64,000 bases of DNA, taken from Deltaproteobacteria bacterium (lineage in GTDB: Bacteria; Myxococcota; Kuafuiibacteriia; Kuafuiibacteriales; Kuafuiibacteriaceae). The notes beneath the pieces were generated by a model. It searched no databases. It was not told the DNA's origin and was given only the letters and a program-made list of their open reading frames with translations. The translations under genes were made by a program, and so were the position numbers. Shown here piece after piece: positions 62,514 to 64,000 of the stretch. The DNA lies in NCBI GenBank assembly GCA_040218735.1, contig JAVJQW010000033.1, positions 192,001 to 256,000 of the forward strand, given 5' to 3'. The first letter of the stretch is position 1. Each line of letters starts with the position of its first letter.

Positions 62514-63209
62514 TCAGGGGCGATCCAGCGTCACGACGAAGTCATACCACCCCGCCGGAACACCGCAGCCCTCGAACCCCTCGAACCGATCCGCCTGCTC
62601 CACGCGCACGTGGAGGTCACTGTCGTCCAGCACGTGGCGGGACGGAACCGCGTAGCTCGCGTCGCCGCGGGTGATCGCGATCGCCTGCCGAACCGCGTCG
62701 AAGCACCCCTGCGGCACCGCCGTGCACTCCGTGTCCGCGACGCGCGCGACCACGGGCCCGAGGAACGTCGCGTCCGGGAGCTCCGGCCCGACGACCACGC
62801 CGACCGCGAGGCGCTCCTCGGCGTCCAACACCGCGAGCATCCGGTTCTCGAACCCACCCTCTACGGGGCGCCGGGCGTAGCGGAGCCGGATCCGTTCGTC
62901 CGCCGCAATCGCGATCGGCGCGACGGGGTTCGATGCGATCGCGATCGTCGCCGTGGTGATGTCGGCGGCGCAGCCCGCGAGGAACAGGCGCGTCTCGTTG
63001 CCGCTCAGGCGCACGCTGGCGACGTCACACTCCGTGTCGACACCGAACGCACCCGTCGCGGGGCCATCCGTTGCGATCTCCAAGGACACCCCCGCCGGGC
63101 TGTCCGTCGGCAGGCAGTCGTCCGGGATCGGCGGCGGCGGAACGGGATCGGGGTCGCCGGTGCACGCCGCGAGGGCGACCAAGCCGCCCGTGATGAAAGC
63201 CGCCCGCAT
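62514..63209 (-). CDS. Hypothetical lipoprotein
   Basis: MRAAFITGGLVALAAC lipobox; several Cys. Confidence 0.65.
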   Translation of the reverse strand: MRAAFITGGLVALAACTGDPDPVPPPPIPDDCLPTDSPAGVSLEIATDGPATGAFGVDTECDVASVRLSGNETRLFLAGCAADITTATIAIASNPVAPIAIAADERIRLRYARRPVEGGFENRMLAVLDAEERLAVGVVVGPELPDATFLGPVVARVADTECTAVPQGCFDAVRQAIAITRGDASYAVPSRHVLDDSDLHVRVEQADRFEGFEGCGVPAGWYDFVVTLDRP

Positions 63210-63336
63210 GACTCCGCTCGACCCGATCCCCACCTGCGCCTCCGAACGCTCCCCGCTCTACCGGTTCACGCGCCGCTCGGGTGTAAGTCGACGGTAACAG
63301 ACATCGTCGCGGTCCTCTCTCATCGTCGTCTTCACG

Positions 63337-64000
63337 ATGAGCCACGGCAGCATCTCCCGAGACCCCAACCGCGTCAGCCGAGCCCGCGAGCTCGCCGGCA
63401 AGATCCAAGAGCACCGCGACGCGGCGGACGCCGGGAGCGCCGACGCCCAGACCGTGCAGGCCGACATCCAGGAGTTCCGCGACTTTCACCACCAAGAGGC
63501 GCTCGCCGACGTTGCCGCGGATTCCACCGGCGCGCACACGGCTGACAACGACTACCTCGCCGCCGTCGAAGAGCTGAACGCCGCCTACGAATCTGCGCTC
63601 GACGACGGGGAGCTCTCCGAAGACGAGCAGACCGAGCTCCTCGAGCAGGCCGACGTCGTCCGCCAGCACGAGGTGCTCTCCCGCGACACGTTCATGACGG
63701 AGCCGGGCAGCGACCCCGCCGACGTCGACCACGACATGGATCCAACCGAGAGCGCGATGCCCCCCGCCGGCGTGAACCCGCCGCGCGACCCGGCGTCGGT
63801 CCCGGACCCCGGCCGCATCACCTACGACGCCGCGCCGACCGCCGATCAGATCGAGCAGGGCGCGCCGCTCGGATTCGGCCACGACGACGACGGCGACAAC
63901 ACGATCGTCTCCGACGTCCAGCAGGAGCTGTACGACGGCGGCTACTACGGCGAAGGCGCCACGGCGGACGAGGTCGACGGCTACTTCGGCCCGCGCACCC
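63337..64000 (+). CDS. Partial acidic protein with peptidoglycan-binding domain (runs off window)
   Basis: Read directly from the sequence: MSHGSISRDPN... open to the window end, finishing VSDVQQELYDGGYY...VDGYFGPRT (PG_binding_1-like). Confidence 0.7.
   Translation, partial: MSHGSISRDPNRVSRARELAGKIQEHRDAADAGSADAQTVQADIQEFRDFHHQEALADVAADSTGAHTADNDYLAAVEELNAAYESALDDGELSEDEQTELLEQADVVRQHEVLSRDTFMTEPGSDPADVDHDMDPTESAMPPAGVNPPRDPASVPDPGRITYDAAPTADQIEQGAPLGFGHDDDGDNTIVSDVQQELYDGGYYGEGATADEVDGYFGPRT

Overview
High-GC (about 70%) chromosomal segment with gene content typical of Myxococcota / former Deltaproteobacteria. About 52 real CDS were picked out of the many GC-driven shadow ORFs. Housekeeping genes (pgeF, rluD, selA, coaD, frameshifted prfB, mfd, glyA, ampG, dapD, corA, rpsU-dnaG-rpoD, hisIE) are interleaved with envelope and signalling genes. 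I saw no rRNA, tRNA, CRISPR array, transposase or integrase. The most notable structure is an uncharacterised three-gene module present twice, at about 13.5-18.5 kb and 32.7-37.8 kb. Each copy has a membrane Ser/Thr kinase converging on a PEGA-like membrane-anchored protein with a CxC-x5-CPPGC tail and a ~900-aa Cys-rich beta-strand lipoprotein. Between the two copies lies a cluster of exported proteases (CHAT, caspase+DUF4476, trypsin-like) and a tailspike-like beta-helix protein. Also present: an ODP di-iron sensor paired with a degenerate soluble MCP-like protein, a GlnE-like double nucleotidyltransferase beside a UDPGP-family pyrophosphorylase, a corA-cereblon-RNase run, a probable romX, an RpoD with a very long basic N-terminal extension, a 34-bp-arm hexamer-periodic palindrome, and signs of widespread leaderless transcription. 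Family calls come from motif recognition by eye, not from database searches.
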